From the IMG/VR virus record IMGVR_UViG_3300025886_000011, positions 10,357 to 74,356 of that record: a stretch of 64,000 bases of DNA, one strand, 5' to 3'. A program made the translations under genes and the position numbers. Shown piece after piece: positions 47,832 to 57,533 of this stretch. Under the pieces are notes generated by a model. The model did not search any database, was not told where the DNA came from, and saw nothing but the letters and a program-made list of their open reading frames with translations. This DNA comes from a virus. The first letter of the stretch is position 1. Each line of letters begins with the position of its first letter.

Positions 47832-48081
47832 AGTACGAGTACTATTATTAGAAAAGTTGCATCTCCAGCCTTCAGAGCTGGATTTGCTTCCTTTCTATGA
47901 GTATGAATATACTTTAGAAATGTTTAATGAGATTCTCAAGGATCGTAATGACGAGGATAAACAGAATACTCAATCCTATTCGGATAAATATAATACGGAC
48001 AGCATGTCTAAGTCTATGAGCAAACAGATGAGTTCTTTTAAAGCACCATCTATGCCTAATATTAGTATGCCAAAGTTCTGA
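47773..48081 (+). CDS. gp51-like ORF with no ATG near its start, probably reached by +1 frameshift from gp26
   Basis: ISLLNFYK..LQPSEL..LPFYEYEY..L pattern in the +1 frame overlapping the gp26 end; start shown at the putative shift site. Confidence 0.6.
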   Translation, partial: FPAGSKLSLLFKISLLNFYKVRVLLLEKLHLQPSELDLLPFYEYEYTLEMFNEILKDRNDEDKQNTQSYSDKYNTDSMSKSMSKQMSSFKAPSMPNISMPKF

Positions 48082-48087
48082 TAAATA
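48080..48087 (+). promoter_or_regulatory. Late-type promoter (tape measure)
   Basis: GATAAATA. Confidence 0.5.
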
Positions 48088-48097
48088 AATAGATTGA

Positions 48098-51000
48098 ATG
48101 GCCGCTGTAACTCTTAAAGATTTAATGGACCCTCTAACAAAAATAGAGGCTGCTGCACAGAGCACTAATGAAAAATTAGATGCTCTTATTGCAGTTTCTA
48201 CTGGTGGAGGTGGAGGTGGTGATTTTACAAAGGAGGTTGTTAATCAGTTAGAAAAACAAACTGACTTACTTAGGGTAATAGCAAATTCTGGAAGTGATTC
48301 ATCTAATTCAAATCAAGTAGGTTTATTAATAGACGAAGCATTTGCTCAGACTCAATTACTAAGTGCCATTGAAGCAAACACATCCAGAAATCCATTAGGA
48401 GGAATGTTTAGTAAAAAGGGTGGTAAGGCTAAGAAAAGTAATGCCGGGGCTACATTAGAAGATTTAGGTCTTGGTGCAAAACTAACAGCAAAAGCAATGA
48501 TGCTGTGGTTATTAGTACCAAAGAAAGCTTTAAGTAAATTTAAAGGTTTTGTAACTTCTACACTAGACTCTTTTGAAAGTGTAAAACCTAAAAGAGTAGA
48601 AGCTGGGGCAAAGGCAGTGTCTTTAGTATCAGCAGCAGCAATGATATCGGCAAAGGCAATGATGAAGTGGCTGTTTGTACCTGAAAAGGCTGTTGATAAA
48701 TTTACAAATTACATAATTAAGTTAGATAAAGCTTTATCTAAAACTCAACCAAAGAATGCAAAGAAAGGTGCGAAAGCCTTAGGTGCAATGGGAGATTCCA
48801 TAATGAAATTCTCAAAAGCATTAGCTCTATCAGCAATATTACTTATACCTGGTATGTTAGCAATACCATTCTTAATATTATCTATGACGGTTGTAGGTGG
48901 GGCAATTGCATTATTAGGAGGTAAGAAACTTTCTCAAAGAATTGGTAGAGGAGCAAGGACTTTAGATAAAGTAGGAGATGCATTAAAATCTTTTGCAATA
49001 GGAATCGGTTTATTTGCACTTTCTACAATGTTTATTATATTAGCTCCACCTATTTTAATAGGAATGGTTGCTTCGTTGGTATTAATACCTGGTGCGATTG
49101 CAATCTTAGGTGGTAAGAAAATGTCTAAAAGAATCAGAAGAGGTGCATTAGGTCTTGCAATTTTAGGTGTAGCATTAATACCTTTTGCTTTAGGTTTAGC
49201 AATCTTTTCAATGGCTACAAAAGGTAATGGTATTGGTGATGTTCTTATTCAAGGTGCTACAATATTAGCAATTGGCGCCTCTGCTGCTTTAGTTGGAAAA
49301 TTTGGAATATCTAATATTTTACAAGGTGCATTAGCATTAGCAGTTAATGGTTTAGGATTAATGGTATTTAGTTTAGGATATGTACCATTTGCAAAAGCTA
49401 CTAAAGGATTAGGCTTAGGTGATGTATTAGTACAGTCTGGAATATTAATTGCAATAGGTGGAATTATGGCATTAGCAGGATTAGCTGTTGCTGCAACTGC
49501 AGGTGCTGCTCTCTTAGGACCTGTTTTATATGGAGCTGCCGGTTTAGCATTACAAGAATTGGCGCCTGGTTTACTTGACATGAAAAAGGTAGACTATTCG
49601 AAAAAAGATGCTGAAAATTTATCATTTACATTAGGTGCTGTTGCTGCTGCGTTTTCAGGTGTGGATCCTGAGGCAGGTTTCTTATCCAATGTAGGTAATG
49701 TATTTAGTAGAGTTGTACAAAGTGGTGCAGGTGTAGCCGCCGCTGCTATGTATGGTGCTGCTGGTTTAGCATTACAAGAATTATCAGTAGGTCTTACTAA
49801 ATTTAAGGCAGTAGGATTTACTGAAGCAGATTCACAAGAGCTTGCTGTTGCTTTAGGTTCTGTTAGCGGAGCATTCGCACAAGCAGGTGGAGAACCTGCA
49901 AGTCCTGGTGGATTATTTGGTGCAGTATTTGGAAATACATTTAGCCCTAATGCTACCGAGAGAGGTATTGATTCTGTAATGGATTCTGGTAAAGCTCTTG
50001 CTGAAATTACAAAAGGGTTGGCTGCTTTCTTAGATCTTAAGAAGAAATATAAATTAGATGCAGCTGCATTTCAAGAAGGTGGATTCTTAGCTGTATCAAT
50101 TGCAGATACTTTAGGATTCTTAAGTAAAGCGTTTGCTTCTATTGGAGGAATGGAAACTGAAGATTCTTGGGGTCCATTTAAATGGGACGAGAATAAAGTT
50201 GAAAAAGGTATTGATGCCGTTAAAGGTTCAGGTAGAGCTCTATCGGATATTACAGGTGGATTAAAGGCGTTCTTAGATTTACAAAAAAATTATGGATTAA
50301 CTACTGAATCTTTCCAAGAAGGTGGATTCTTAGCAACAGCAGTGAAAGATACATTAGGATTTGTTAGTAAAGCTTTTGGTACAATTGGAGGAATGGAAGT
50401 AGAAGATGGTTGGGGTCCGTTTAGTTGGGATGAGAATGTAGTGGAGAAAGGTGTTGATGCTGTTAAAGGTGCAGGGCAAGAACTTACTAATATTGCAACA
50501 GGATTAAAAACATTCCAAGAACTAGTAGAAAAAGAAATTGACTTTAAACCTGGCGGTAAACTTGCAAACGCTGTTACTAATTCCTTATCATTTGTATCAA
50601 CTGCATTTAGTGCGATTGGGGGAATGGAAGAAACGGATGGATGGTTTATATTTTCATGGGATGAAAACTCTGTAGAGAAAGGAATTGATGCCGTAAAAGG
50701 AGCTGGTGCAGAACTTAGTAATATTGCAAACGGGTTAAAAACATTTGCGGATATGTCTACAACAGTTGACTTCAGTAAAAAAGGTAAACTTGCCACTGCG
50801 GTTAAAAATGCCTTATCATTCGTAGGTAGTGCATTTATGAAAATTGGTGGAATGGAAGAGACTGATGGTAATTGGTTATTTTCTTGGGATGAAAACTTAG
50901 TCCAAAAAGGTATTGAAAATGTAGATGGTGCTGGTACTGCATTAACTGATATTGCTAAAGGCTTACAATCATTTGCAGATTTAGAAAATCCAGCTGCTAT

Positions 51001-51511
51001 TGCACAAAGTATAGAAACGATATTTACTTCTATAGGTGATACTTTTGTTAAGTATTATAAAGATCCTACATTTAGAAATGATTTGGATCATATGCAAGGA
51101 TTTATAACAGAACTATCCACTTATGCACAAGACGGTTCATTAGCAAAGGCTGCAACAGATATTCAATCAATCTCTAATGCTGTGAATTCTATTGATTCTA
51201 TGAAAGCTGATTCTTTTGCAAAACTATTTAAAGGTGCAGGTGAATTAAGCTCTAATGCAAAAGCATATCAACAATTAGCAGAGGCTGTTGAAGAGATAAA
51301 AGATATTATGAGTGGGCAAGGTGAAAGTTTTGGAGAGTCAGTAGGTAGAAGTATATCAGATGTATTCGGTGGCGGTGATGATAAGAAGAAAGAATCTGGT
51401 GGTATGGGTAAAACACTTGCAAGAATGAATTCTACTTTAGGAAGACTTAATTCAACTATGGGACAATTACCTGCATCAATTCAATCAATCAAAATCATAG
51501 TAGAAGATTAA
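48098..51511 (+). CDS. Tape measure protein
   Basis: 1137 aa A/G/L-rich helical protein with a central hydrophobic block and periodic W/F repeats, directly after the tail chaperones. Confidence 0.85.
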   Translation: MAAVTLKDLMDPLTKIEAAAQSTNEKLDALIAVSTGGGGGGDFTKEVVNQLEKQTDLLRVIANSGSDSSNSNQVGLLIDEAFAQTQLLSAIEANTSRNPLGGMFSKKGGKAKKSNAGATLEDLGLGAKLTAKAMMLWLLVPKKALSKFKGFVTSTLDSFESVKPKRVEAGAKAVSLVSAAAMISAKAMMKWLFVPEKAVDKFTNYIIKLDKALSKTQPKNAKKGAKALGAMGDSIMKFSKALALSAILLIPGMLAIPFLILSMTVVGGAIALLGGKKLSQRIGRGARTLDKVGDALKSFAIGIGLFALSTMFIILAPPILIGMVASLVLIPGAIAILGGKKMSKRIRRGALGLAILGVALIPFALGLAIFSMATKGNGIGDVLIQGATILAIGASAALVGKFGISNILQGALALAVNGLGLMVFSLGYVPFAKATKGLGLGDVLVQSGILIAIGGIMALAGLAVAATAGAALLGPVLYGAAGLALQELAPGLLDMKKVDYSKKDAENLSFTLGAVAAAFSGVDPEAGFLSNVGNVFSRVVQSGAGVAAAAMYGAAGLALQELSVGLTKFKAVGFTEADSQELAVALGSVSGAFAQAGGEPASPGGLFGAVFGNTFSPNATERGIDSVMDSGKALAEITKGLAAFLDLKKKYKLDAAAFQEGGFLAVSIADTLGFLSKAFASIGGMETEDSWGPFKWDENKVEKGIDAVKGSGRALSDITGGLKAFLDLQKNYGLTTESFQEGGFLATAVKDTLGFVSKAFGTIGGMEVEDGWGPFSWDENVVEKGVDAVKGAGQELTNIATGLKTFQELVEKEIDFKPGGKLANAVTNSLSFVSTAFSAIGGMEETDGWFIFSWDENSVEKGIDAVKGAGAELSNIANGLKTFADMSTTVDFSKKGKLATAVKNALSFVGSAFMKIGGMEETDGNWLFSWDENLVQKGIENVDGAGTALTDIAKGLQSFADLENPAAIAQSIETIFTSIGDTFVKYYKDPTFRNDLDHMQGFITELSTYAQDGSLAKAATDIQSISNAVNSIDSMKADSFAKLFKGAGELSSNAKAYQQLAEAVEEIKDIMSGQGESFGESVGRSISDVFGGGDDKKKESGGMGKTLARMNSTLGRLNSTMGQLPASIQSIKIIVED

Positions 51512-51523
51512 TTTCTAAAATCT

Positions 51524-51552
51524 TAAAACCTTTTTACATTTTAGCTATATAA
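51524..51552 (+). promoter_or_regulatory. Middle-type promoter (DnaQ-like exonuclease)
   Basis: TAAAAC-N17-ATATAA. Confidence 0.55.
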
Positions 51553-51598
51553 AATTTAACAGAGAGAGTCTGGAAATAGTATAGTTTAAAAGTATAAT

Positions 51599-52396
51599 AT
51601 GGAAAATGTAAAAAACATAGTTTGGTTTGACTTAGAAACCACAGGAGTTAACACAAGTAGCGATAGAATTATCGAGATCGCAATGATAAAAACCGATTCT
51701 GAAGGAAATGAAATAGATTCTTTTCAGTCATTAGTTAATCCCGGCCCAAATGCAGTTATGAGAGAAGAAGCTCAGGACAAGCATGGCATATCACCAGAAC
51801 AATTAAAAGATGCACCACAATTTGATTTAATAGCAAAAGAAGTTTTAGACTTTATTGATGATAGTGACTTAGGTGGATATAACGCGCTTTACTTTGATGT
51901 ACCAATGCTCGTAGAGGAATTTATGAGAAGTGGTATTGCATTCTCGCATCGCCAAAGAGCTGTAGTAGATCCTTTTTTAATTTATTCAAAATATGAACGT
52001 AGAGATTTAAGTACTGCATATAAAAAATATACAGGAAAGGATTTAGAAGGCGCTCATAGAGCTGACGTTGATATTCGTGCAACAATGGAAATATTCCAAA
52101 AGCAAAAAGAACTTTATGATATGCCTACAACAGCAAAAGAAATTGATGATGTTGTAAATGAATCAAGAAAAGATCAAGTAGACCTTAGTGGTAAATATAA
52201 ATTTGCTGAAATAAACGGTAAACGAGAAATTGTATTTAACTTTGGTAAAAACAAAGGTAAACCGTTTAAAGAAGTTTATGAAACGGATGCAAGGTATATT
52301 CAATGGATTATTGATAAGGGTGAATTCTCAAAAGAGGTAAAAATCATATCTCGTAAACTCTTAGAAAAAATGAGAGCTGAAAACCCTGTTATTTAA
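51599..52396 (+). CDS. DnaQ-like DEDDh 3'-5' exonuclease with C-terminal FGK-x-KG domain
   Basis: FDLETTG, YNA..FD, HRA..D, FNFGKNKGK. Confidence 0.9.
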   Translation: MENVKNIVWFDLETTGVNTSSDRIIEIAMIKTDSEGNEIDSFQSLVNPGPNAVMREEAQDKHGISPEQLKDAPQFDLIAKEVLDFIDDSDLGGYNALYFDVPMLVEEFMRSGIAFSHRQRAVVDPFLIYSKYERRDLSTAYKKYTGKDLEGAHRADVDIRATMEIFQKQKELYDMPTTAKEIDDVVNESRKDQVDLSGKYKFAEINGKREIVFNFGKNKGKPFKEVYETDARYIQWIIDKGEFSKEVKIISRKLLEKMRAENPVI

Positions 52397-52432
52397 ATTG
52401 TTAATAACTTTTAGAAAAAAGATCTCATTTTA

Positions 52433-52472
52433 TTTTCAATTCCCAATTAAATTGATTATATTTATAATATAA
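52433..52472 (+). promoter_or_regulatory. Putative early promoter, copy 1
   Basis: TTTTCAATTCCCAATTA-N5-ATTATATTTATAATATAA; 34/40 identical to 62160-62199. Confidence 0.65.
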
Positions 52473-52487
52473 TTAAACAAACGGAAT

Positions 52488-52784
52488 ATGTCTAAATATC
52501 AAGAACTACTACAAAATCCTCCACGGTTAACCGTAAAGAAAGAAGCAAGAGAGGTAATTATTAAGACGGTAAGTTGTATGTGTGACAATGTACATTACCT
52601 TAAACTTAAGAAAAATTCAGAGGGTGATTTTAAAATGTCAGGTGGCGGATTTGCTTTATCTAATTGGCAAATGAAACATACATCACATGACATCGAATGG
52701 ATCGCTGATGAAGGTAAGTGGAATCAGGTATTTAGAATGATTAATACCGGGACAGAAAAAATTGAATCTTTAAAAAGTAGATAA
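52488..52784 (+). CDS. Hypothetical early protein
   Basis: 98 aa ORF directly after the putative early promoter. Confidence 0.65.
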   Translation: MSKYQELLQNPPRLTVKKEAREVIIKTVSCMCDNVHYLKLKKNSEGDFKMSGGGFALSNWQMKHTSHDIEWIADEGKWNQVFRMINTGTEKIESLKSR

Positions 52785-53017
52785 TGGCAATAACAACAAA
52801 ACCAATGCCTGGATCTGAAAGAATCCATGTAGACTTAAGCGGACCAGACGGTAATGCATTTGCATTAATTGGATTGGCTCAAAAATTAGCAAAACAACTT
52901 CACTATCAACCTGATGAAAGAGGAGAACTCACAACAGAAATGATGGGTGGAGATTACGATAACCTGTTAGAAATCTTTGATAAGCATTTCGGAGAATTTG
53001 TAACATTACATAAATAA
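52784..53017 (+). CDS. Hypothetical phage protein (DLSGPDGNAF type)
   Basis: 77 aa ORF; stop/start coupled. Confidence 0.7.
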   Translation: MAITTKPMPGSERIHVDLSGPDGNAFALIGLAQKLAKQLHYQPDERGELTTEMMGGDYDNLLEIFDKHFGEFVTLHK

Positions 53018-53018
53018 T

Positions 53019-53204
53019 ATGAAAGAACCGACACCATACCGAATGATCACCGAAGAAGAACACATTGAAGAAATTCTAACAGAAGCATCTGCTTTTGGCT
53101 TAAGAGCCGAAGTAAAACAGTATGCTGAAAACTTATTAGATGAATCTCCAGAGATGGATCCAATTGATGCCTATACTCATGGGTTTGAGGAGTGGATTAA
53201 ATAA
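53019..53204 (+). CDS. Hypothetical acidic protein
   Basis: 61 aa ORF in a tightly packed operon. Confidence 0.6.
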   Translation: MKEPTPYRMITEEEHIEEILTEASAFGLRAEVKQYAENLLDESPEMDPIDAYTHGFEEWIK

Positions 53205-53207
53205 ACT

Positions 53208-53351
53208 ATGGAAAAAGACAACGAAGGCAAAAAACTGAAAGAAGTTAAGTTAACTCAACAAGAATGGTTTGATGCTCTTCGTGTTCCAACACCTATAAGA
53301 AATAAAAAAAAGTATAGGAGAAAGAAAAAACATAAAGGTAAAGATGATTAA
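53208..53351 (+). CDS. 47-aa protein with ArfA-like basic tail (absent from ORF track)
   Basis: MEKDNEGKKLKEVKLTQQEWFDALRVPTPIRNKKKYRRKKKHKGKDD*. Confidence 0.65.
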   Translation: MEKDNEGKKLKEVKLTQQEWFDALRVPTPIRNKKKYRRKKKHKGKDD

Positions 53352-53610
53352 TAGCGGTAAAGAATGGGCTTGGATGGATAACAATCAAAAGTTAAAAAAA
53401 TCAATGGAGTTAGAAGAAAGAAGAGATGAGATGAAATGGGTAGAAAAAGTTTTAACTCACAAAGATAATAAAGGTATACATTATCCGGCGCTCAAACAGC
53501 TTATTAATCTTTATCATAACAAATGGGCAAATAAAACTAAAGAGTCAAGGCTCGTGGATATTTACCGTCAATATCTTAAGTCAATTTTAAGGAGTGAATT
53601 TGGTAGGTAA
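53344..53610 (+). CDS. Hypothetical protein
   Basis: 88 aa ORF. Confidence 0.6.
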   Translation: MINSGKEWAWMDNNQKLKKSMELEERRDEMKWVEKVLTHKDNKGIHYPALKQLINLYHNKWANKTKESRLVDIYRQYLKSILRSEFGR

Positions 53611-53611
53611 T

Positions 53612-53638
53612 TAAACCTTTTAAAATTTTTCAATATAA
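53612..53638 (+). promoter_or_regulatory. Middle-type promoter (topoisomerase)
   Basis: TAAAC-N16-ATATAA(AAATAA). Confidence 0.7.
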
Positions 53639-53653
53639 AAATAAATCTAAAGA

Positions 53654-55531
53654 ATGGCAGTAAGCATTGAAAAGAAATATCAGAAACTTACAGATACAGA
53701 ACATGTATTACTTAGACCAGGTATGTACATTGGTTCTGTTAAACCTCATACTGAAGAAGTTTATCTTTTAGATAGAAGGAGTTGGAAATTGGTACCTAAA
53801 GAACTTACCTATAATCCAGGTTTCTTAAAACTCTTTGATGAGATCGTATCCAATTCGGTTGATGAACATAAAAGAAATCCTAAGCTTAATCAAGTAAAAG
53901 TTACTATTGATATTTCTACAAATAAAATATCCATTTGGGATAACGGTGGAATTCCTGTAGAAATTCATAAAAAGTATAATGAGTGGGTACCTGAAATGAT
54001 TTTCAGTAATTTGAAAACTGGAAGTAATTTTGACGATACTGAAGAAAGAACCGTCGTAGGAACAAATGGCGTAGGTAGTACATTAACAAATATTTTTAGT
54101 AAAGAATTTACAATTGACACATGTGATAAGAAGAAAAGATTTACCCAAACCTTTTCAAATAATATGGCAAAGAAAACTAAACCTGCCATAAAATCACAGA
54201 AGAAAGGATTTACTGAAATTTCATACATTGCAGATTTTAAAAGATTTGGTATGAGTAAGATTGACAAAGCTTCAATTCAAATGATTGAAAAAAGGCTCTA
54301 TGATATTGCTGCATGTAATCCTAAATTAAAAATCTGGTTAAATGAAGATCCTATTACTTTTAAATCTTTTAAAGAATACTCTGAATTATATACCACTCCA
54401 GTATTTTATGAGCAATCAGAAAATTGGCAAATAGGTATAGGTCATTCTACTTCAGGATTTAAAGCAATCTCATTTGTAAATTCTGTTGAAACAAAAGATG
54501 GCGGTAAGCATGTAGATAACATTACTTGGCAAATTACACAATTCCTTAGGGATAAGATTAAAAGAAAGCATAGAGTTGATGTAAAGCCATCAGAACTAAA
54601 AAATCACTTATACCTTTTTATTAATAGTACAATTATTAACCCAGCCTTTTCGTCTCAAACAAAAGAGAAGCTTATTACTGAACCTAAAGACTTCGGTAGT
54701 ATTCATGTACTTTCTGATAAGACATTAAGACAAGTTTTAAATTCAGAAATAATTCAATCAGTATTAGATTGGATTAAACAGAAGCAAGCTGCTGATGAAA
54801 GATCTAAACTTAGAAAATTAAATAAAGGTTTAGATAAGAAAAAGGTTGTAAAATTAATTGATGCAAAAAAGAGAGGTGATAGAAGCAACTGTACTCTTGC
54901 AATCTTTGAAGGGGATTCTGCATCATCTGCATTTAGGCAATATAGAAATCCTAATATGCAAGGCGCATTTCCACTTAGAGGTAAATTTGTAAATGTAAGA
55001 GAATCTATTCCTTCTAAGGTTGTACAAAACAAAGAAGTACAATCTCTTATGGCTGCATTAGGTTTAAAGATAGGTCATGAACCTAAAGATTTAAGATACG
55101 GTAAAATATTATTGTATACTGATGCTGATGTAGATGGTAATTCTATTTCTGCTTTGTTAATTAATTTCTTAGGTAAATATTGGCCAGAATTATTTGAACA
55201 AGGTAGAGTCTTAAAGGTAGAAACTCCTCTTATGGTTGCTAAGAAAGGTAAAGAGACATTGAGTTTTTATTCTGATGATAATTATAAAGAATGGGAATCT
55301 AAACAAAGATCATTATCATCTTGGTCAATTGAATATAAGAAAGGTCTTGCTGCCCTGGAGAATGAAGAGTACCAGGAAATCATTAGTAATCCTAAAACCT
55401 TTACTTTAACTAAAGGCAAAGATTTTGATAATACATTAGATACATGGTTCTCCAAAGATTCTGAACCAAGAAAGAAAAAGATTCTAGGAGAAGAATTAAT
55501 TTATAAGACAAGCGATAAATCATTATTTTAA
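53654..55531 (+). CDS. gp39: Type IIA topoisomerase ATPase/TOPRIM subunit (gp39+gp60 in one ORF)
   Basis: HVLLRPGMYIG, EI..NSVD, DNG.GIP, GTNGVG, EGDSA, PLRGK, DADVDG. Confidence 0.93.
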   Translation: MAVSIEKKYQKLTDTEHVLLRPGMYIGSVKPHTEEVYLLDRRSWKLVPKELTYNPGFLKLFDEIVSNSVDEHKRNPKLNQVKVTIDISTNKISIWDNGGIPVEIHKKYNEWVPEMIFSNLKTGSNFDDTEERTVVGTNGVGSTLTNIFSKEFTIDTCDKKKRFTQTFSNNMAKKTKPAIKSQKKGFTEISYIADFKRFGMSKIDKASIQMIEKRLYDIAACNPKLKIWLNEDPITFKSFKEYSELYTTPVFYEQSENWQIGIGHSTSGFKAISFVNSVETKDGGKHVDNITWQITQFLRDKIKRKHRVDVKPSELKNHLYLFINSTIINPAFSSQTKEKLITEPKDFGSIHVLSDKTLRQVLNSEIIQSVLDWIKQKQAADERSKLRKLNKGLDKKKVVKLIDAKKRGDRSNCTLAIFEGDSASSAFRQYRNPNMQGAFPLRGKFVNVRESIPSKVVQNKEVQSLMAALGLKIGHEPKDLRYGKILLYTDADVDGNSISALLINFLGKYWPELFEQGRVLKVETPLMVAKKGKETLSFYSDDNYKEWESKQRSLSSWSIEYKKGLAALENEEYQEIISNPKTFTLTKGKDFDNTLDTWFSKDSEPRKKKILGEELIYKTSDKSLF

Positions 55532-55533
55532 AT

Positions 55534-56877
55534 ATGAGTAAGAGAACAGTAACAGATTTTTTTGATAAGGAGTATCTTGAATATGCTAAGTATGTTGTAG
55601 AGAATAGAGCTATACCTAGTTGCATTGATGGATTAAAGCCTACACAAAGAAAGGTAGTTTATATTGCAAACAAAATTTGGAAAAGCGGTAATGAAAAACC
55701 TATGAAACTTTTTCAACTTGCAGGTAGAGTAGCGGCTGAGGCATATTACCACCATGGTAATACATCTTTGGAATCTTCTATGGTAGGTATGGCACAAGGT
55801 TTTAAAAACTCATTACCTCTTTTAGATGGGATAGGTCAATTCGGTTCTTTAAGATCTCCATCCGCAGGTGCACCTCGTTATATTAGTGGAAAGTTACACC
55901 CTAACTTTAGATTACTTTATAAGGATTTTGAATTATTAGAAAATAAAATAGAAGAAGGTGAAAAAATTGAACCTGAGTATTTCTTACCTATTATACCAAC
56001 TGTAATTTTAAACGGTTCATCCGGTATTGCTGTAGGTTTTGCTACAAATATTTTAAATAGAAATCCTAACGATGTTGTTAATGCATGCATCGCTGTTCTT
56101 AAAGGTAAAAAGATGCCAGTCTTAGCACCTTGGTTAAAAGAGTTTAGCGGCACTTTTACCAGAGATACGGTTAATCCAAAAACATGGAAGATAAGTGGTT
56201 TATATGAGGTGCTAAACACAACAACCGTCAAAGTAACTGAAATTCCTCCAGGTTTTACATACGAAAGATATGAAGAGCATTTAAATAACTTAACTGAAAA
56301 AAGAATCATATCAGGATACGATGATAATTCATCAGGACAAGTAGAATATGTACTTAAGTTCCAAAGGGCTATTCTTAAGGATTATGTAAGTAGAAATAAA
56401 TTAGAAGCATTATTAAAAATTAATACACAAGAAACTGAAAATCTTACAACAATAGATGAAAACGGTAAACTTAAAATTTTTAATAAAGTAGAAGAAATAG
56501 TTAACCACTTCGTAGAAGTAAGATTAAAATGGTATGATGCAAGAAAGGCTTATCTGATTGCAAAGTTAGAGAGAGAATTACTTATCATTTCAAATAAAGC
56601 AAGATTCATAAAAGATATTATTGATGGTAAACTTAAAGTAAACAACATCCCTAAGAAAACTATTATTCTTTACTTGCAAACTGCAGATTATGATGAAGTA
56701 GATGGTTCTTATAATTACCTTCTTAATATGCCTATCTATTCATTAACTAAAGAAAGATTTGAAGATTTATTAAGACAAGAAGCAGAAAAGAAAGCAGAGA
56801 AGAAAATCATTGAAGGTACTAATCCTAAAGACATGTATCTTTCTGATTTAGAAACTTTAAAGAAAGCAATAAAATAA
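55534..56877 (+). CDS. gp52: Type IIA topoisomerase cleavage subunit
   Basis: DGLKPTQRK, YHHG..S, APRYI (catalytic Tyr), NG..GIAVGFAT. Confidence 0.93.
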   Translation: MSKRTVTDFFDKEYLEYAKYVVENRAIPSCIDGLKPTQRKVVYIANKIWKSGNEKPMKLFQLAGRVAAEAYYHHGNTSLESSMVGMAQGFKNSLPLLDGIGQFGSLRSPSAGAPRYISGKLHPNFRLLYKDFELLENKIEEGEKIEPEYFLPIIPTVILNGSSGIAVGFATNILNRNPNDVVNACIAVLKGKKMPVLAPWLKEFSGTFTRDTVNPKTWKISGLYEVLNTTTVKVTEIPPGFTYERYEEHLNNLTEKRIISGYDDNSSGQVEYVLKFQRAILKDYVSRNKLEALLKINTQETENLTTIDENGKLKIFNKVEEIVNHFVEVRLKWYDARKAYLIAKLERELLIISNKARFIKDIIDGKLKVNNIPKKTIILYLQTADYDEVDGSYNYLLNMPIYSLTKERFEDLLRQEAEKKAEKKIIEGTNPKDMYLSDLETLKKAIK

Positions 56878-56879
56878 AT

Positions 56880-56906
56880 TAAACCTTTTAAGAAATAACA
56901 ATATAA
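56880..56906 (+). promoter_or_regulatory. Middle-type promoter (KTSC/NMP kinase operon)
   Basis: TAAAC-N16-ATATAA(AAATAA). Confidence 0.7.
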
Positions 56907-56920
56907 AAATAAACAATATT

Positions 56921-57076
56921 ATGACTAAATTTAAGTTCACAACAAAGGGCGGTGCTCAAGTAATAGCATGTGAAACCGATAGTGAAAATAAAGCATGGGA
57001 ATGGATATCGCAAACTAAGCAGTTAACAGTAAAGCAAGCTAAAGATCTTTATAATATTATAAAAATAAAAAAATGA
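56921..57076 (+). CDS. Small hypothetical protein (51 aa)
   Basis: ATG 14 nt after a middle-type promoter; stop overlaps the next ATG. Confidence 0.6.
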   Translation: MTKFKFTTKGGAQVIACETDSENKAWEWISQTKQLTVKQAKDLYNIIKIKK

Positions 57077-57300
57077 TGATAGAACAAAACTCCTCAGTAG
57101 ACTCTTCAATGATAAACAGAGTCATTTACAATTTTCCTAACAAGTCTTTAAAGATTGAATTTAATTCTGGTGCACTTTATGAATATAATAACGTAGAACC
57201 GGATGTTTATGACAATTTATGTAAAGCCGAATCTCAAGGTAAATTCTTTAACGAGCAAATAAAAAATAATTACGATCACACTCAACTTTTAATAAATTAA
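57073..57300 (+). CDS. KTSC-domain protein
   Basis: VDSSMI..Y..L.IEF.SG..YEY..V..Y..L..AES.GKFFN..IK..Y. Confidence 0.9.
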   Translation: MMIEQNSSVDSSMINRVIYNFPNKSLKIEFNSGALYEYNNVEPDVYDNLCKAESQGKFFNEQIKNNYDHTQLLIN

Positions 57301-57302
57301 AT

Positions 57303-57533
57303 ATGGAAACACCAAACATTATGTATGATGCCCTTAAGGCACAGTTCGTAGCACAGAAACAAAAAGCAATTGCTACAATCACAGTATATTTAACCAGCCC
57401 AGTAGGAATTGGGGAACACCCACAGCTTATCGATGAAATGGTTGAACAAACTAAACTCTTAGCAGAAGCTAATGATTGTATTGAAACTTTACAAAAAACC
57501 TTTGAAGTAAAAGATAAAGAAAAGGTGGATTAA
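57303..57533 (+). CDS. Hypothetical helical-hairpin protein
   Basis: 76 aa; GIGEHPQ turn. Confidence 0.65.
   Translation: METPNIMYDALKAQFVAQKQKAIATITVYLTSPVGIGEHPQLIDEMVEQTKLLAEANDCIETLQKTFEVKDKEKVD

Noticed and set aside
52397-52410. TGTTAATAA as a DnaA-box-like or operator site near the early promoter
   Set aside because: Single degenerate AT-rich match; only a loose counterpart near 62146.
53654-55531. T4 gene 60-style translational bypass or split topoisomerase
   Set aside because: ATPase and TOPRIM domains are in one continuous 625-aa ORF.
11669-56877. Introns or inteins in polymerase, helicase, terminase or topoisomerase
   Set aside because: No interrupted frames, no C/S...HN splice junctions and no size excess.
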